A stretch of 64,000 nt of DNA from Deltaproteobacteria bacterium (GCA_018436855.1 JAHDKO010000029.1:13157-77156); one strand, 5' to 3'; positions 26,745 to 36,872 are shown, counted from the first letter of the stretch. Made by a program: numbers and translations. Notes: generated by a model from the letters alone, not told the origin.

Positions 26745-28112
26745 TCACTGAGGCAGCGGGATCAGCCTCTTGGCAAAGAGATACTTGCCGGATTTTTCGC
26801 GGGGTATCTCGTCCACGAACTCGTAGGTGATCCGCATCTTCGCGCCAAAGAGCTTTTCCACGATTCTGGCCTGGTGATCCATGACCTCTTTGCCTGGAAT
26901 CAGATCGCGCGTCATCTTCAGGGTGATGTGATCCGCGGCATCTTGGATGGCCTGCATCTGGCCGAAAAACCCGGGGGCCGCATTCACCATGTACATCACC
27001 ATGGCAATGGTCGATACCAGCCTGCCCTCGGGCGTGACGAACACATCGAGCGCGCGGCCCACGATCTCTTTCATCAGGGGCAGGCCCCTGCCGCAGGGAC
27101 AGGTCCTGTCGCTCAGGACCGCGGTGTCGCCCATGTAGTAGCGGATCAGGGGCATGCCGTAGTTCAGCAGGTCGGTGACGAGCACGTTGCCCGCCTGCTC
27201 CCCGGACGAGGCCATGGGCCGGGGATCGTCCAACTCCAGGTAGAGGCACTCGGCATTGATGTGCATGCCCGAGCGGGCACCGCATTCCTGGGCCATGGGA
27301 CCTGCCTCGCGCGAGCGGTACGAGTCCTGGATATCGCAGTGGAACATATCGGCCACCAGACGGCGCTGATGGTCGTAGAGCGGCTCGCCGGTGGTGATGA
27401 GGCCCTTGAGCCGGTATCCGTCGATTCCTTTTCTTGCCATGTATTTCGCGAGCTCGTGGATGGGGCTGCTGAACGCCAGGATGGTGGTGGGTTTTTTCAG
27501 CTTCAGCACGTTCAGGTATTCGCTGCACGCCCGGTCATCGATCACGGCTGACGCAAAGAGCACGATCCGTTTGTAGAGCTCGTTTCGCATCCTCGACTTG
27601 AGCGTGCCGTAGCCCATGAAGTCCTGGTGGGCCGGCCAGACCAGCCCCATATAGTCGCCGAAGTCCCATCCCGCCCACCGGCCGAACCGGTAGATGGCCG
27701 CCTCTTTCATGGACAGGCATTTGTTGTCGCGGTAAAACCGCATCTTCACCTCCGAGGTCCCGCCGGTCTCGGCGTAGTGGATGTCTTCCGGGCGATAATT
27801 GCGCGCGATGAGACGGGGCATGTTGTCCCGTATCTGCTCCTTGGTGAGCACGGGTATCTTGAGCAGCTGGTCCGGATGCCGGAAGGTATAGGGGTTGAAG
27901 CCGGCGTCGTCGAACCTCTTCCGGTAGAATTCCGTGTTCTCGTAGGCGTGCACCAGGAGATTTTTCAAGCGATCCCGCTGCAGCTCGGCGATCCGGTGGT
28001 AGGGCCAGAACTGGCTCTCTTCGAGTGAGCGCAGGTTACCCATGATCCCGCCGAGACCCTCCCGGCGTGCGATGAGAGGAAAGGTGACGTTCTTGATCAC
28101 GTTTTTGAGCAT
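26745..28112 (-). CDS. phenylacetate-CoA ligase-like adenylate-forming enzyme, CapK/PaaK family
   Basis: 455 aa: RNYRPEDIHYAETGGTSEVKMRFY, TTGEPL, LVTDLLNYGMPLIRYYMGD, CPCGRGLP. Confidence 0.8.
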   Translation of the reverse strand: MLKNVIKNVTFPLIARREGLGGIMGNLRSLEESQFWPYHRIAELQRDRLKNLLVHAYENTEFYRKRFDDAGFNPYTFRHPDQLLKIPVLTKEQIRDNMPRLIARNYRPEDIHYAETGGTSEVKMRFYRDNKCLSMKEAAIYRFGRWAGWDFGDYMGLVWPAHQDFMGYGTLKSRMRNELYKRIVLFASAVIDDRACSEYLNVLKLKKPTTILAFSSPIHELAKYMARKGIDGYRLKGLITTGEPLYDHQRRLVADMFHCDIQDSYRSREAGPMAQECGARSGMHINAECLYLELDDPRPMASSGEQAGNVLVTDLLNYGMPLIRYYMGDTAVLSDRTCPCGRGLPLMKEIVGRALDVFVTPEGRLVSTIAMVMYMVNAAPGFFGQMQAIQDAADHITLKMTRDLIPGKEVMDHQARIVEKLFGAKMRITYEFVDEIPREKSGKYLFAKRLIPLPQ

Positions 28113-28133
28113 GAAGACTGACTCCTGTTTTCT

Positions 28134-29420
28134 TTAGATATTCTGCAGGGAAACGCGCCTCTCCTGCAGCAGGATGTTCTGAACGGCCACGGTCAGGGCT
28201 GCCATCAGGAACCAGAACCAGATAAAAGACCCGTGGGTGAAATTGCCCACGAACAGCCTGACGAAGAGCCCGAGCTGTATGGCGGTGATGATGTTGAAAT
28301 AGAACGCATCCCGGGGGCTGCCGCGGACGAGGTTCCGCTTGATGGCGCCCGTTCGCCTGAAGACCAGGTAGATGAGGTAGAACCAGGCAATGCTCGCAAG
28401 ACCGAGCTCGCCGAACAGCTCGCCGTAGAGGTTGTGGGCATAGAAATAATAATGGAAGAATTGCCTGCGTGCCTCTGCATAGCAGCCGATGCCCACGCCG
28501 AGCACGGGCCGCTTGATCATCATGGAGATCCCGTTGAGCAGTCCCAGATACCTATCCGAGGTGGTCCTGCTTGCGTGGACTCCCTCCTGGATGGTGGACA
28601 TGTGGGAGAGATAGTCCGACGCGGCCAGGGTGAGGAAAAAGACGATGAAGACCCCTGCGATGAGACCGGCCTTGAGCCGGTCTCGGGAAAAATAGACCAC
28701 GCCCATGGCGGTCACCATAAGCCCCAGGAAGCCACCCCTGGATTTCGAGGCATACACCCCGAACACCAGCAGGGCGAGAATCATGAGCGAGGTGACCCTG
28801 ACGAATCTCTTTGTGTTCGTCATGGCGAAGTAAAGGAGCACGGGAATGACCTGGTTGAGGGTGTTGGCAAGGGCCACATGGCCGGATGCGGCCCCGAATC
28901 TCCCGTACGCGACGGCGCCGTACATCTGCTCGCTTACGTCACCCGAAAGATAGTTCACCACGGGCTCATAGGCGATCCACGCGGTGACCAGGATAAAGGC
29001 CCAGAGAATCCTGGCAAGGTCTGCGGTTGAGCGCACCGTGGACACGATCATGATATAGAAGACCGTGATCTTCAGGAGAAAATATCCTCCCTCGTTCCAG
29101 GAAACGACAGGGTTCACGGAAAAGGCCACGGAGAACATTCCCACGGCGAAGAGCACCCAGAAGGCCTTGTTGATGGGGTTGAACCCGGGCAGGAAATTGC
29201 CGAGACCTTTGCCGGAAACAAGGATCCTGAAGAGCACATAGGCAGCGACGAGCAGCTCGAACCGGATGGCCCCGAGCAGGGGATACATCTCGCCCAGCTT
29301 TGCGTTGAGGACAAAGAAGTACGCGATCACCCCATACACCGGGTTCTTGAGCGACATGACCAGGAGCAGGACACACACGATGGGCAGGATGATCTGAACG
29401 GATTCGGCGGAAGGCAGCAT
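28134..29420 (-). CDS. O-antigen ligase/polymerase-like (Wzy/WaaL family) polytopic membrane protein
   Basis: 428 aa with about 10 TM helices and the periplasmic loop GGFLGL...H..Y typical of the O-antigen ligase domain. Confidence 0.75.
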   Translation of the reverse strand: MLPSAESVQIILPIVCVLLLVMSLKNPVYGVIAYFFVLNAKLGEMYPLLGAIRFELLVAAYVLFRILVSGKGLGNFLPGFNPINKAFWVLFAVGMFSVAFSVNPVVSWNEGGYFLLKITVFYIMIVSTVRSTADLARILWAFILVTAWIAYEPVVNYLSGDVSEQMYGAVAYGRFGAASGHVALANTLNQVIPVLLYFAMTNTKRFVRVTSLMILALLVFGVYASKSRGGFLGLMVTAMGVVYFSRDRLKAGLIAGVFIVFFLTLAASDYLSHMSTIQEGVHASRTTSDRYLGLLNGISMMIKRPVLGVGIGCYAEARRQFFHYYFYAHNLYGELFGELGLASIAWFYLIYLVFRRTGAIKRNLVRGSPRDAFYFNIITAIQLGLFVRLFVGNFTHGSFIWFWFLMAALTVAVQNILLQERRVSLQNI

Positions 29421-29605
29421 GATGGTTGAAACAGACTCCTTTTTTTCAGCCTTTTACGTGCTCTGCCCCTGAAGCCCGGCAGTCACCGGCGAGAACACCG
29501 GGACAGCTCCTGGCCCCCATTTTAGCGGCAGGCGGCGAAGAAGTGCACGCGAAAGGCTCGCAAGGGGAGGCAGGAGACCTGCATGGGGGCTTGGGGCCGA
29601 GCCGG

Positions 29606-31090
29606 TCATTCCCACGGCCTCACTACGCCCTCGGCGGGCCGGAAGATCGATCCGATCCGGCTCTTTTCCTCGGGAGTGAAGAAATTCACGAGCAGGAGCA
29701 CGAGCGGGAACATGAAAACCAGCAGCGTCTTGACGGCGACATCGGCATAGACCGAGGCCGTGTTCACCTGCAGCGAGAGAAAATAGATGACCGAAGCCGC
29801 CAGAAAGATCTTTCCCATCCGGATGAACTCGAAGTGGATCTTGAAGAACCGGTTGCTGAAGAAATAGGTGGAGGCGGCCTTGTAGATGTAGGCGACGAGC
29901 GTTGCGTACGCTGCGCCGTACATCCCGTATCTCGGGATGAGCAGAAAGTTCAGGATCAGCACGAGTGCCGCGTTCGAGACATTGATATAGGCCAGATATT
30001 TGGTTTTTTTCTCGATGATGATGCCCATGTTGAAGTGATAATGGAAGGTGAAGATCACGTTTGCCAGCACGATGATCGGGACGATCCTGTACGCCGGCCA
30101 GAACGCCCGGTCCGCGATGACGACCAGGATCTCCTCGGTGAGCACGGCCACGCCCAGGGCAACGAACGAGATAAACAGAAGGAAGTAGGTGAATATCCTG
30201 CCGAATATCTCCTCGGCGTTCTCCTGGTTGTAGACCTCGAGCCTCCGGGGCTGCCAGACCTGGTTGAAGGGCTCGGACACGAAGGTGCCGGGCAGGATGC
30301 CAAAACGGTATCCGAGCGAGTAGATCCCGGCCTCGGCAATGGAGCAGTAACCCTTGATGAAGAACCGGTCCGAGAGGTTCACGATGAGCGTGCCGAACTG
30401 CGACGGGATCATGGGGAGACCGAACTTGAGCATGTCTTTGATGATCCTCGGCGAATACCCGAGCCCGGCCTTCACCAGCTGCGGCACGTTGAGGACCAGG
30501 GACATGACGATGGAGGTGATGAGCGTGCTCAGAAGAATGCCCAGGACCCCCATGCGCAGCACGATGATGAAATAGATGTTCAGGGCAATGGCCAGGACGA
30601 GCCTGAAGAGCGAGAGCACAACGAACTGGACGGACTTCAGGGTCACCCTGAGGTAGTTGAGCCCGATGGTGTTGATGGTCTGGAACCACAGGGACGCAAA
30701 TGCAATCAGGAAATAGACATAGAGCCCTGAGGAGTCGAGAATGTAGCGGGCCATGACCGGCGAGCCCAGGGAAAGGATGCACACGAAGATCAGCCCGAAT
30801 ATGCCCAGGAATATGTAGGATGAGCTCAGCACCATGTTCCGGTCGCTCTCCTCGGTATAATCGAAATAGAACCGGTAAAAGGCGGATGAAATGGCGGTAG
30901 CCAGGAGGATCCCCAGGATGTCCGTGCTCAGGCCCACGAGCTCCTTGATGCCGTATTCACGGGTGGAGAGGTACTGGGTGTAGATGGGCAGGAGGAGGAA
31001 TCCCACGATCTTGTTGGCACTCGTCCCGATCCCGTAGATGATCGAGTGCCTGGCCAGCAGTTTTGACTCATTCCCGACGCTTATTGCCAC
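29606..31090 (-). CDS. Wzx-type oligosaccharide/polysaccharide flippase, MOP superfamily
   Basis: 494 aa with about 12-14 TM helices. The N-terminus ARHSIIYGIGTSANKIVGFLLLPIYTQYLSTREYG is typical of the polysaccharide biosynthesis protein family. Confidence 0.8.
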   Translation of the reverse strand: MAISVGNESKLLARHSIIYGIGTSANKIVGFLLLPIYTQYLSTREYGIKELVGLSTDILGILLATAISSAFYRFYFDYTEESDRNMVLSSSYIFLGIFGLIFVCILSLGSPVMARYILDSSGLYVYFLIAFASLWFQTINTIGLNYLRVTLKSVQFVVLSLFRLVLAIALNIYFIIVLRMGVLGILLSTLITSIVMSLVLNVPQLVKAGLGYSPRIIKDMLKFGLPMIPSQFGTLIVNLSDRFFIKGYCSIAEAGIYSLGYRFGILPGTFVSEPFNQVWQPRRLEVYNQENAEEIFGRIFTYFLLFISFVALGVAVLTEEILVVIADRAFWPAYRIVPIIVLANVIFTFHYHFNMGIIIEKKTKYLAYINVSNAALVLILNFLLIPRYGMYGAAYATLVAYIYKAASTYFFSNRFFKIHFEFIRMGKIFLAASVIYFLSLQVNTASVYADVAVKTLLVFMFPLVLLLVNFFTPEEKSRIGSIFRPAEGVVRPWE

Positions 31091-31157
31091 ATGTATGGTC
31101 TCGGAAAGACAGGCTTATGAAAAAACAGGGGCAACCATCCCCGATGGATGGGGCCGC

Positions 31158-32579
31158 TTACGGGAGCGGGTGTTCACCGGGGACCCCCGCCCTCCGGATA
31201 TTCGACTCGTTGAAGATGTGTATGAGGTCCTTCACCTGGACCGTGACGTCATATCGGGAATTGTCGAAGCCGGGCGCGAGTTTCTCATTTTCTTGTTCCC
31301 GGTTTTGTTCTTCCCGGGCCCGGCCTTTTCGGAGATATTCTTCATATGCATTGTCGAGTGCCTTGAGAAGGGACGGATAGTCGTCGTGCGGGGCGTGGTA
31401 GAAGTTGCCGTAGTCCCGGATGATATCGAGGGCCTCGCTCTCCTGCATGATTGCGAGGATCGGACGTTTCACCGCCATGTACTCGTAGAGCTTGGAGGTG
31501 ATGACCCCGGCGCTCTTGCTGTCGTGTCCGATGATGAGGAGGAGAAGATCGGCGCCCTTCTGTTTGCGGATGATCTCGTCGTGCGGGATCAGCCCGCTCG
31601 TCCTGACCACATGCTCCAGCCCCAGCTCATGCGCCAGGGCTCCCGCCTTCTCGCATCCCATGCCGTAGAAGAGGGCCTGGACGTTGTCCCGCACCGAGGG
31701 ATCCTTGGTCTCCAGCCACCTGGCCAGGCCGTGGATGAAAAAGTCCGGGCTGATGGTCCCGTAGAGTGTCCCGCCGAACAGGATGGTGAACCTGTCGAAG
31801 CTGTCCGGCTGTATGTTTTTGAAAAGGGCCGGGTCAAAGCCGTTTCTGACCACCACGAACTTGCCGCCCATGGCGGGATAGCGATTTTTCAGAGATTGCC
31901 TGTGAGACTCGGTGACCAGAATCACGGTGTCCGCGAACCTGGCAATGATCCTCTCCAGCAGGCCGTGCAGCCACAGCTCTATGCGGAACAGCTCCTCGGT
32001 ATGAAAATTGTCCACAATGGGGTCGCGGAAGTCGGCCACCCAGGGCTTGCGGAAGATCTTTGCCAGGATGAGCCCCGCGAGATGCTCTGAATGAGGGGGC
32101 GAGGTCGTGAATATCACATCGAAGTCTTCCTTGCGCATGAGCCTGATGCCCCTGATCACGGCAAAAGGGATCCAGAACACCATGTGATCGGGGATGGAAA
32201 AGATCTTGAGCAGCGCCGACAGGAAAAACCTCTCGACCCTCTTCACCGCTCCGGCCACCCCGGCCCGGGAGCCGGGATCGCTCAGTGCCGCACGGGCGGC
32301 TTCTCTCCGGGCATCCCTTGCCCGATATCGCTGGATCATTCTCCAGATGTCGAGAATATAGGTCCTGTGTATCCGGACCTCCGGCGGTATACGTTTCATG
32401 AGACTATGGTCACTGTGGATATCCTTTGATTCATTGATCGTGATGACCGTGGGCCTCCAGCCGTTAGCCGGGAGATACCGGCAGAAACGCATGGTCCGAT
32501 AGACCCCTGCGTGCGCGATGGGAGGAAATCCATATGCAATGACCAGCACCTTTTTTTGTTCGAGATCCGCTGTATCCAT
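31158..32579 (-). CDS. glycosyltransferase family 4
   Basis: 473 aa with a GT4-like N-terminal domain (KVLVIAYGFPPIAHAGVYR) and a C-terminal GT1/4 domain. Confidence 0.8.
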   Translation of the reverse strand: MDTADLEQKKVLVIAYGFPPIAHAGVYRTMRFCRYLPANGWRPTVITINESKDIHSDHSLMKRIPPEVRIHRTYILDIWRMIQRYRARDARREAARAALSDPGSRAGVAGAVKRVERFFLSALLKIFSIPDHMVFWIPFAVIRGIRLMRKEDFDVIFTTSPPHSEHLAGLILAKIFRKPWVADFRDPIVDNFHTEELFRIELWLHGLLERIIARFADTVILVTESHRQSLKNRYPAMGGKFVVVRNGFDPALFKNIQPDSFDRFTILFGGTLYGTISPDFFIHGLARWLETKDPSVRDNVQALFYGMGCEKAGALAHELGLEHVVRTSGLIPHDEIIRKQKGADLLLLIIGHDSKSAGVITSKLYEYMAVKRPILAIMQESEALDIIRDYGNFYHAPHDDYPSLLKALDNAYEEYLRKGRAREEQNREQENEKLAPGFDNSRYDVTVQVKDLIHIFNESNIRRAGVPGEHPLP

Positions 32580-32580
32580 G

Positions 32581-33120
32581 TCACCTCGCTCCTATCTTCC
32601 GTGCAGGGTACCCCGCCAGAACGGTACCGGGCGGGTATTCCTTGCGCCCCACCACGGAGTTTGCCGAAACGACGCACCTGCTGCCCAACACGACACCCGG
32701 CATGACAAATACGTTTGCACCCATCCAGACATCGTCGCCGATGATCACCGGCCTGAAGGTATAGCCCTGATCGTGAACCGGGATGTCAGGATTCTTGTAG
32801 TTATGGTTCTGGGTCCATATCCTCGTATAAGGCCCCAGAAGCACGTTATTGCCCATGATGACGCCGCCGCCCGCCTGAATATAGTTGAAGAGTCCGATGT
32901 CGACGCGGTCCCCGCATTTGATGCACCCGGGATTCAGGATGGTGGTCCCCGGGTGAATGCTCAGGCCCCTGCCCGCCTTCCCGAACCTTCTGGTGTACCA
33001 CTCACGCCTGAGGACAACGCCGAAGTCGCCCGGGATGTTTCGCAGCAGCAGTGCAATGTACTGGTCCCTTCCCGTGCGGGACGCCAGGTCCCAGTACAGG
33101 TATTTAAGGATCTCGATCAC
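32581..33120 (-). CDS. hexapeptide-repeat O-acetyltransferase, WcaF/WbbJ/maltose acetyltransferase-like
   Basis: 179 aa with left-handed beta-helix repeats (IGDDVWMGANVFVMPGVVLGSRCVVSANSVV). The ORF-track start is a GTG. Confidence 0.75.
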   Translation of the reverse strand: MIEILKYLYWDLASRTGRDQYIALLLRNIPGDFGVVLRREWYTRRFGKAGRGLSIHPGTTILNPGCIKCGDRVDIGLFNYIQAGGGVIMGNNVLLGPYTRIWTQNHNYKNPDIPVHDQGYTFRPVIIGDDVWMGANVFVMPGVVLGSRCVVSANSVVGRKEYPPGTVLAGYPARKIGAR

Positions 33121-34154
33121 AACGTTTCACGGCGGGGTGACCCGCCCGCCGCATCCAGCCTGTTTACCAGGGATTCGACAATGATCCGCTCGAGGTCCAG
33201 CGAGACGCTCAGGGGCGGGTCGATGTTGTAATCGTTTTTATAGACAAAGGTGGGTTTTTCCTGAAAGGCATAGTGGTGCCATACCGGCGAAAACTCGGAG
33301 ATAAGAAAGCCCTTGTCCGCGGGCATGAGATCGAGATTGACCCAGCTCGCCGGGAGCTCGCGGGCGAGCCTCTCCGAGAGCTCCAGGGCCTCGGGCGGGA
33401 CATAGCTCCACTGGCCGATCCCTCCCCCGTCGATGTTCACCTTCCACTGATCGCTGGAGGCCTGGAAGCGCCAGTGCCCTTCCACCACCTTTCCGTCTCC
33501 CACCACGGTCTTCAGGTCCCGGTCCGTGGTGATGTATTTCTGGGCGAGAAGCGGCGGCGACAGGAAGGGATAGGTCATCTTCCGCTCCTTGAGCAGATTG
33601 TAGTAAAATATGCGCTGCCTCAGCATCCGGAACAGATAGCTCAATGCCCCGGGGTGCACGAAATCGAGCTGCGAGAGCCGGTAGTACGACTCGAGCTCGG
33701 CCCTGTCGCGGACGAGGAACACGGCCCCGCCTCCCGCGCCGTAACGGTTCTTCACCACCATGGGATATCCCAGCCGCTGGTGGGCGATCTCCACCGCTTT
33801 CCACGAGAGCAGGGGAACGGTCTCCGGTATGGGGAACCCGTGCGACCTGAGAAAGAGATGCTGGCGGTACTTGTCGTTGTAGAAATAGATCAGGCCCGGG
33901 TCCGGATATATCACCAGGCCGGGAAAGTCGCGGTGGATATGCGCCAGGTTGTCGTACACCCGGTAGAGCGCCAGGGGATGGTGCGAAGAGAACTCGAAGC
34001 TCGAATAAAAGATGAGAAAATCCACGCTCGTGTAGTCGAAATCGATCCATTCCTGGTTGTCGAACGACAGGATCACCGGTTCGATGCCGTATCGCTGAAG
34101 CGTGTTCCGAAACGACCCGAACCGTTCCTCTGAATGTATCAGAACCGCCTTCAT
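33117..34154 (-). CDS. ATP-grasp domain protein
   Basis: The start is taken at MKAVLIHSEERFG (in frame, 45th codon of the ORF). It contains YPMVVKNRYGAGGGAVFLV and WVNLDL. Confidence 0.7.
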   Translation of the reverse strand: MKAVLIHSEERFGSFRNTLQRYGIEPVILSFDNQEWIDFDYTSVDFLIFYSSFEFSSHHPLALYRVYDNLAHIHRDFPGLVIYPDPGLIYFYNDKYRQHLFLRSHGFPIPETVPLLSWKAVEIAHQRLGYPMVVKNRYGAGGGAVFLVRDRAELESYYRLSQLDFVHPGALSYLFRMLRQRIFYYNLLKERKMTYPFLSPPLLAQKYITTDRDLKTVVGDGKVVEGHWRFQASSDQWKVNIDGGGIGQWSYVPPEALELSERLARELPASWVNLDLMPADKGFLISEFSPVWHHYAFQEKPTFVYKNDYNIDPPLSVSLDLERIIVESLVNRLDAAGGSPRRETL

Positions 34155-34162
34155 GCTCGTGC

Positions 34163-35329
34163 TCAGGCCTCCTTTCCCTGCCGGACAGGTTTCCAGGATA
34201 TCACTCTCCTGCCCCGGAGATAGTCGATGACGCCAAACATGGCCGCCAGGTTCACCAGGATGAAGTAGTAGGGGATGGCGTACCACTTACCGCCCGATCC
34301 GCCCCGGGACCCCATGCCGTAGAACGACAGGCCCAGGACGGCTGCCAGACCGCAGAACGCCAGCAGGAAAAACCTCCGGCCCGCGAGGAACAGGGAGGAG
34401 ACCAGCATCCCCGCATAATAGAACCCCACCAGCCATCTGAGGATTTTGTGAGACAGGATCTGCCACGCAAGCAGCGGCTTTCTGGCTGGGTTGAGGAGTT
34501 GAGGATACCGGGAGATGCCGGTGAACCCGCGGGTCACGATCCTGCGCCTGGTGTTGAACTCGTCTCCGGTGCTGGTGGTCGCCTCCTCATAGGTGACGGC
34601 ACCGGGCTCGTACACTACGCTGGAGCCGTTGCTGATGACCAGCAGCGGCGAGATGAAGTCGCTCATCATGTCCTGGTCGAGGTTGGTGTAGAGTGACTTG
34701 CGGATCGCGTACAGCGGACCGTCCACCCCCACGAGCGAGCCCAGGGAGCTCTCGGCTTGTTTGAGGATCTGCTCGTACTTCCAGTATACTCCCTGGCTTT
34801 CGGTGGTGAGGTTTTTGCTCTCCCGGGTGAAGACCACCCTGCCGGCCACCGCCCCCACCCGGCTGTCGGCGAAGTTCGCGACCAGCCTCTTCAGCGAGCA
34901 CTTTTCGCACATCGACGCCGCATCCATGAAGACCACGATCTCGTGGGAGGCCTGACAGACACAATCGTTCTGCACCATGGTCTTGCCGCGGTTCTCGGGA
35001 AACGCCAGCAGGCGCACCCCTTTGCCCGCATACGACCTCACGATCTCGTCGGTCCGGTCGGTCGAGCCGTCAGAGCCCACGATGATCTCGACGAGCTCCC
35101 GGGGATAGTCGAGGGAAAGGGTGTTCTCGATCTTCTCGGCGATGGTTTGTTCCTCGTTATAGGCCGAGATAATGATCGATACGGGGGGGATGATCTCGTT
35201 TCGGATATAGTTCCTGCCGATGAACCGGGACAGTCTGGTGAGGAGAATCGGGTAGATGAAATAGACATACCCGGTCAGCAGAAAACAGGTCCAGAAGATT
35301 GCCGGCAGATAACTGGTGTGTATGATCAT
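34163..35329 (-). CDS. glycosyltransferase family 2, membrane-anchored processive-type
   Basis: 388 aa with N-terminal TM helices, the GT2 catalytic domain VSIIISAYNEE...VGSDGSTD...D.AS, and C-terminal TM helices. Confidence 0.85.
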   Translation of the reverse strand: MIIHTSYLPAIFWTCFLLTGYVYFIYPILLTRLSRFIGRNYIRNEIIPPVSIIISAYNEEQTIAEKIENTLSLDYPRELVEIIVGSDGSTDRTDEIVRSYAGKGVRLLAFPENRGKTMVQNDCVCQASHEIVVFMDAASMCEKCSLKRLVANFADSRVGAVAGRVVFTRESKNLTTESQGVYWKYEQILKQAESSLGSLVGVDGPLYAIRKSLYTNLDQDMMSDFISPLLVISNGSSVVYEPGAVTYEEATTSTGDEFNTRRRIVTRGFTGISRYPQLLNPARKPLLAWQILSHKILRWLVGFYYAGMLVSSLFLAGRRFFLLAFCGLAAVLGLSFYGMGSRGGSGGKWYAIPYYFILVNLAAMFGVIDYLRGRRVISWKPVRQGKEA

Positions 35330-35406
35330 GTTCAGGAGCTGGAGAGTGCGGTTGTGCTTGGGGTCGGTCAGAGAGCGCTGTTTACGGATTCATGGATACT
35401 GCTTTA

Positions 35407-36042
35407 TCACAAGCCGGTAAAATAATTGCCGAGAAGGGGCATGAGCTGGCCTCCGAACATCGTGAGCCTGTCTTCGTCGCCCGTGGTATCATCGCCGAGC
35501 GCCACCGATATTCTCACCCACACGGTTGAGGGGTGTTTGCCGGTAATGCTGCGAATCACCTGGTAGAACCGGTTGACGCTGTTGCGCGGGATGGTCTTGT
35601 CGCCGGTCTGCCACCAGGCATAGACCAGCTCCTGCCTTTCGAGCTTTTCGATCACCATCCGGTTGACCATGGCGTGCCGCGGGCCAAGTTTTCTCGACAC
35701 GATATTGTTTTCCTTCATGGACCATCCCTGCCCCGTGTAGCATACCTCCGGGGCATGAACCATGTCGGCGGAGTTTACATTCTGATAATATGCAAGATAC
35801 ACACTGACCTCATCTTGCTCACAACGGTATGTCCTGAACACGACCCTCTGAGCCCCGATCGCCTCTTTGAGGCCCTCGATGTCGGCATCGACGTCCGAGC
35901 CGATCCACTGCCCGATGGTGGGAGGGATTGCGTATGTGCAGGTTTGTTCTGAATACAGGGCCTTTTTCAGGCCGTGGGAAGAGCCGTACACACTCAGCGC
36001 AAAAACCAGGACATATATTGCATTCTTTTTCGTTCTATCCAT
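35407..36042 (-). CDS. EpsI-family exosortase-associated protein, copy 2
   Basis: 211 aa from MDRTKKNAIYVLVFALSVYGSS (signal peptide). It contains CYTGQGWSM and VYAWWQTGDKT blocks paralogous to 11021..11662. The upstream 323 aa of the ORF-track ORF are rejected as an R-rich out-of-frame artefact. Confidence 0.75.
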   Translation of the reverse strand: MDRTKKNAIYVLVFALSVYGSSHGLKKALYSEQTCTYAIPPTIGQWIGSDVDADIEGLKEAIGAQRVVFRTYRCEQDEVSVYLAYYQNVNSADMVHAPEVCYTGQGWSMKENNIVSRKLGPRHAMVNRMVIEKLERQELVYAWWQTGDKTIPRNSVNRFYQVIRSITGKHPSTVWVRISVALGDDTTGDEDRLTMFGGQLMPLLGNYFTGL

Positions 36043-36872
36043 CTGACAAGGAACACACCGCCCAGCAAGAGGACAAACGAGAGAATAAAGGTCACCAGGC
36101 CTGCCATGGTATGGGGAAACCCTTCGGCCATGCCGGGGGAGAAACGGTAGACAATGAATCCGGCAGCGGTGATCCTGAGGATGTTCCCGATCATGGCCAC
36201 GGGAACGGACAGCGAGAGGAGGAGCGCTCTCTCGACATTCGAGGTGAAGAGCAGGTATCCCATGAGAAGAGACAGCGCGACAATGGAAAGCAGAGAACGG
36301 ATGCCAGAGCACGCCACCACCACCTGCATGGAGTAGTTCGGAAGGTGGATGAGATTCCCCTCCCGCAACACGGGAATGTCGATCAGGTTCAGGATATGGG
36401 CCGACAGGCCGGTGGTGACGGCCTGAAGCGGTGCAGTGAGCAGGGTATACACCTCTGCCGGTATGGGGACCATGAGGACCAGGAACACGACGGGGAAGAG
36501 CACGACCCGGGTGAAACGCACCCCTGCGGTGAAAAGCAGGGCGCCCAGCAGAAACATGATCAGGGAACAGCACTCGAACATCAGTATCTGCGCGCCGACC
36601 CCCAGCAGATAGAACACCGCCCACAGGGAAAGAACCATGAGCCCCAGCGGGCTCGAGTGCAGCGGCTGCCTCATGAGCTGCCGCCTCCTTTGCCACACGA
36701 GGTACGCCGATACCGGAATGATCAGAAAGCCGTGATTGTAGTCCTCGTTTCTTGCCCACAGGGCGGCGAGCTCGATGAGGGTTGACGAGTAGAGGAGCAC
36801 GGCCAGTATCCCGAACAGGACAAGATACCAGAGAGGCCGCAGGGTATATGATGACTCGACAGTGGATATCAT
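35994..36872 (-). CDS. exosortase, XrtA/EpsH-like, copy 2
   Basis: 292 aa with [27 protein letters not shown] and NILRI. It is about 50-60% identical to copy 1 in the conserved core. Confidence 0.85.
   Translation of the reverse strand: MISTVESSYTLRPLWYLVLFGILAVLLYSSTLIELAALWARNEDYNHGFLIIPVSAYLVWQRRRQLMRQPLHSSPLGLMVLSLWAVFYLLGVGAQILMFECCSLIMFLLGALLFTAGVRFTRVVLFPVVFLVLMVPIPAEVYTLLTAPLQAVTTGLSAHILNLIDIPVLREGNLIHLPNYSMQVVVACSGIRSLLSIVALSLLMGYLLFTSNVERALLLSLSVPVAMIGNILRITAAGFIVYRFSPGMAEGFPHTMAGLVTFILSFVLLLGGVFLVRWIERKRMQYMSWFLR

Noticed and set aside
26716-27528. ORF-track N-terminal 271 aa of the CapA ORF
   Set aside because: His/Arg/Pro-rich and out of character. It overlaps the real CapK-like gene in another frame, and the canonical CapA N-terminus MIKIGFVGD with an RBS occurs internally.
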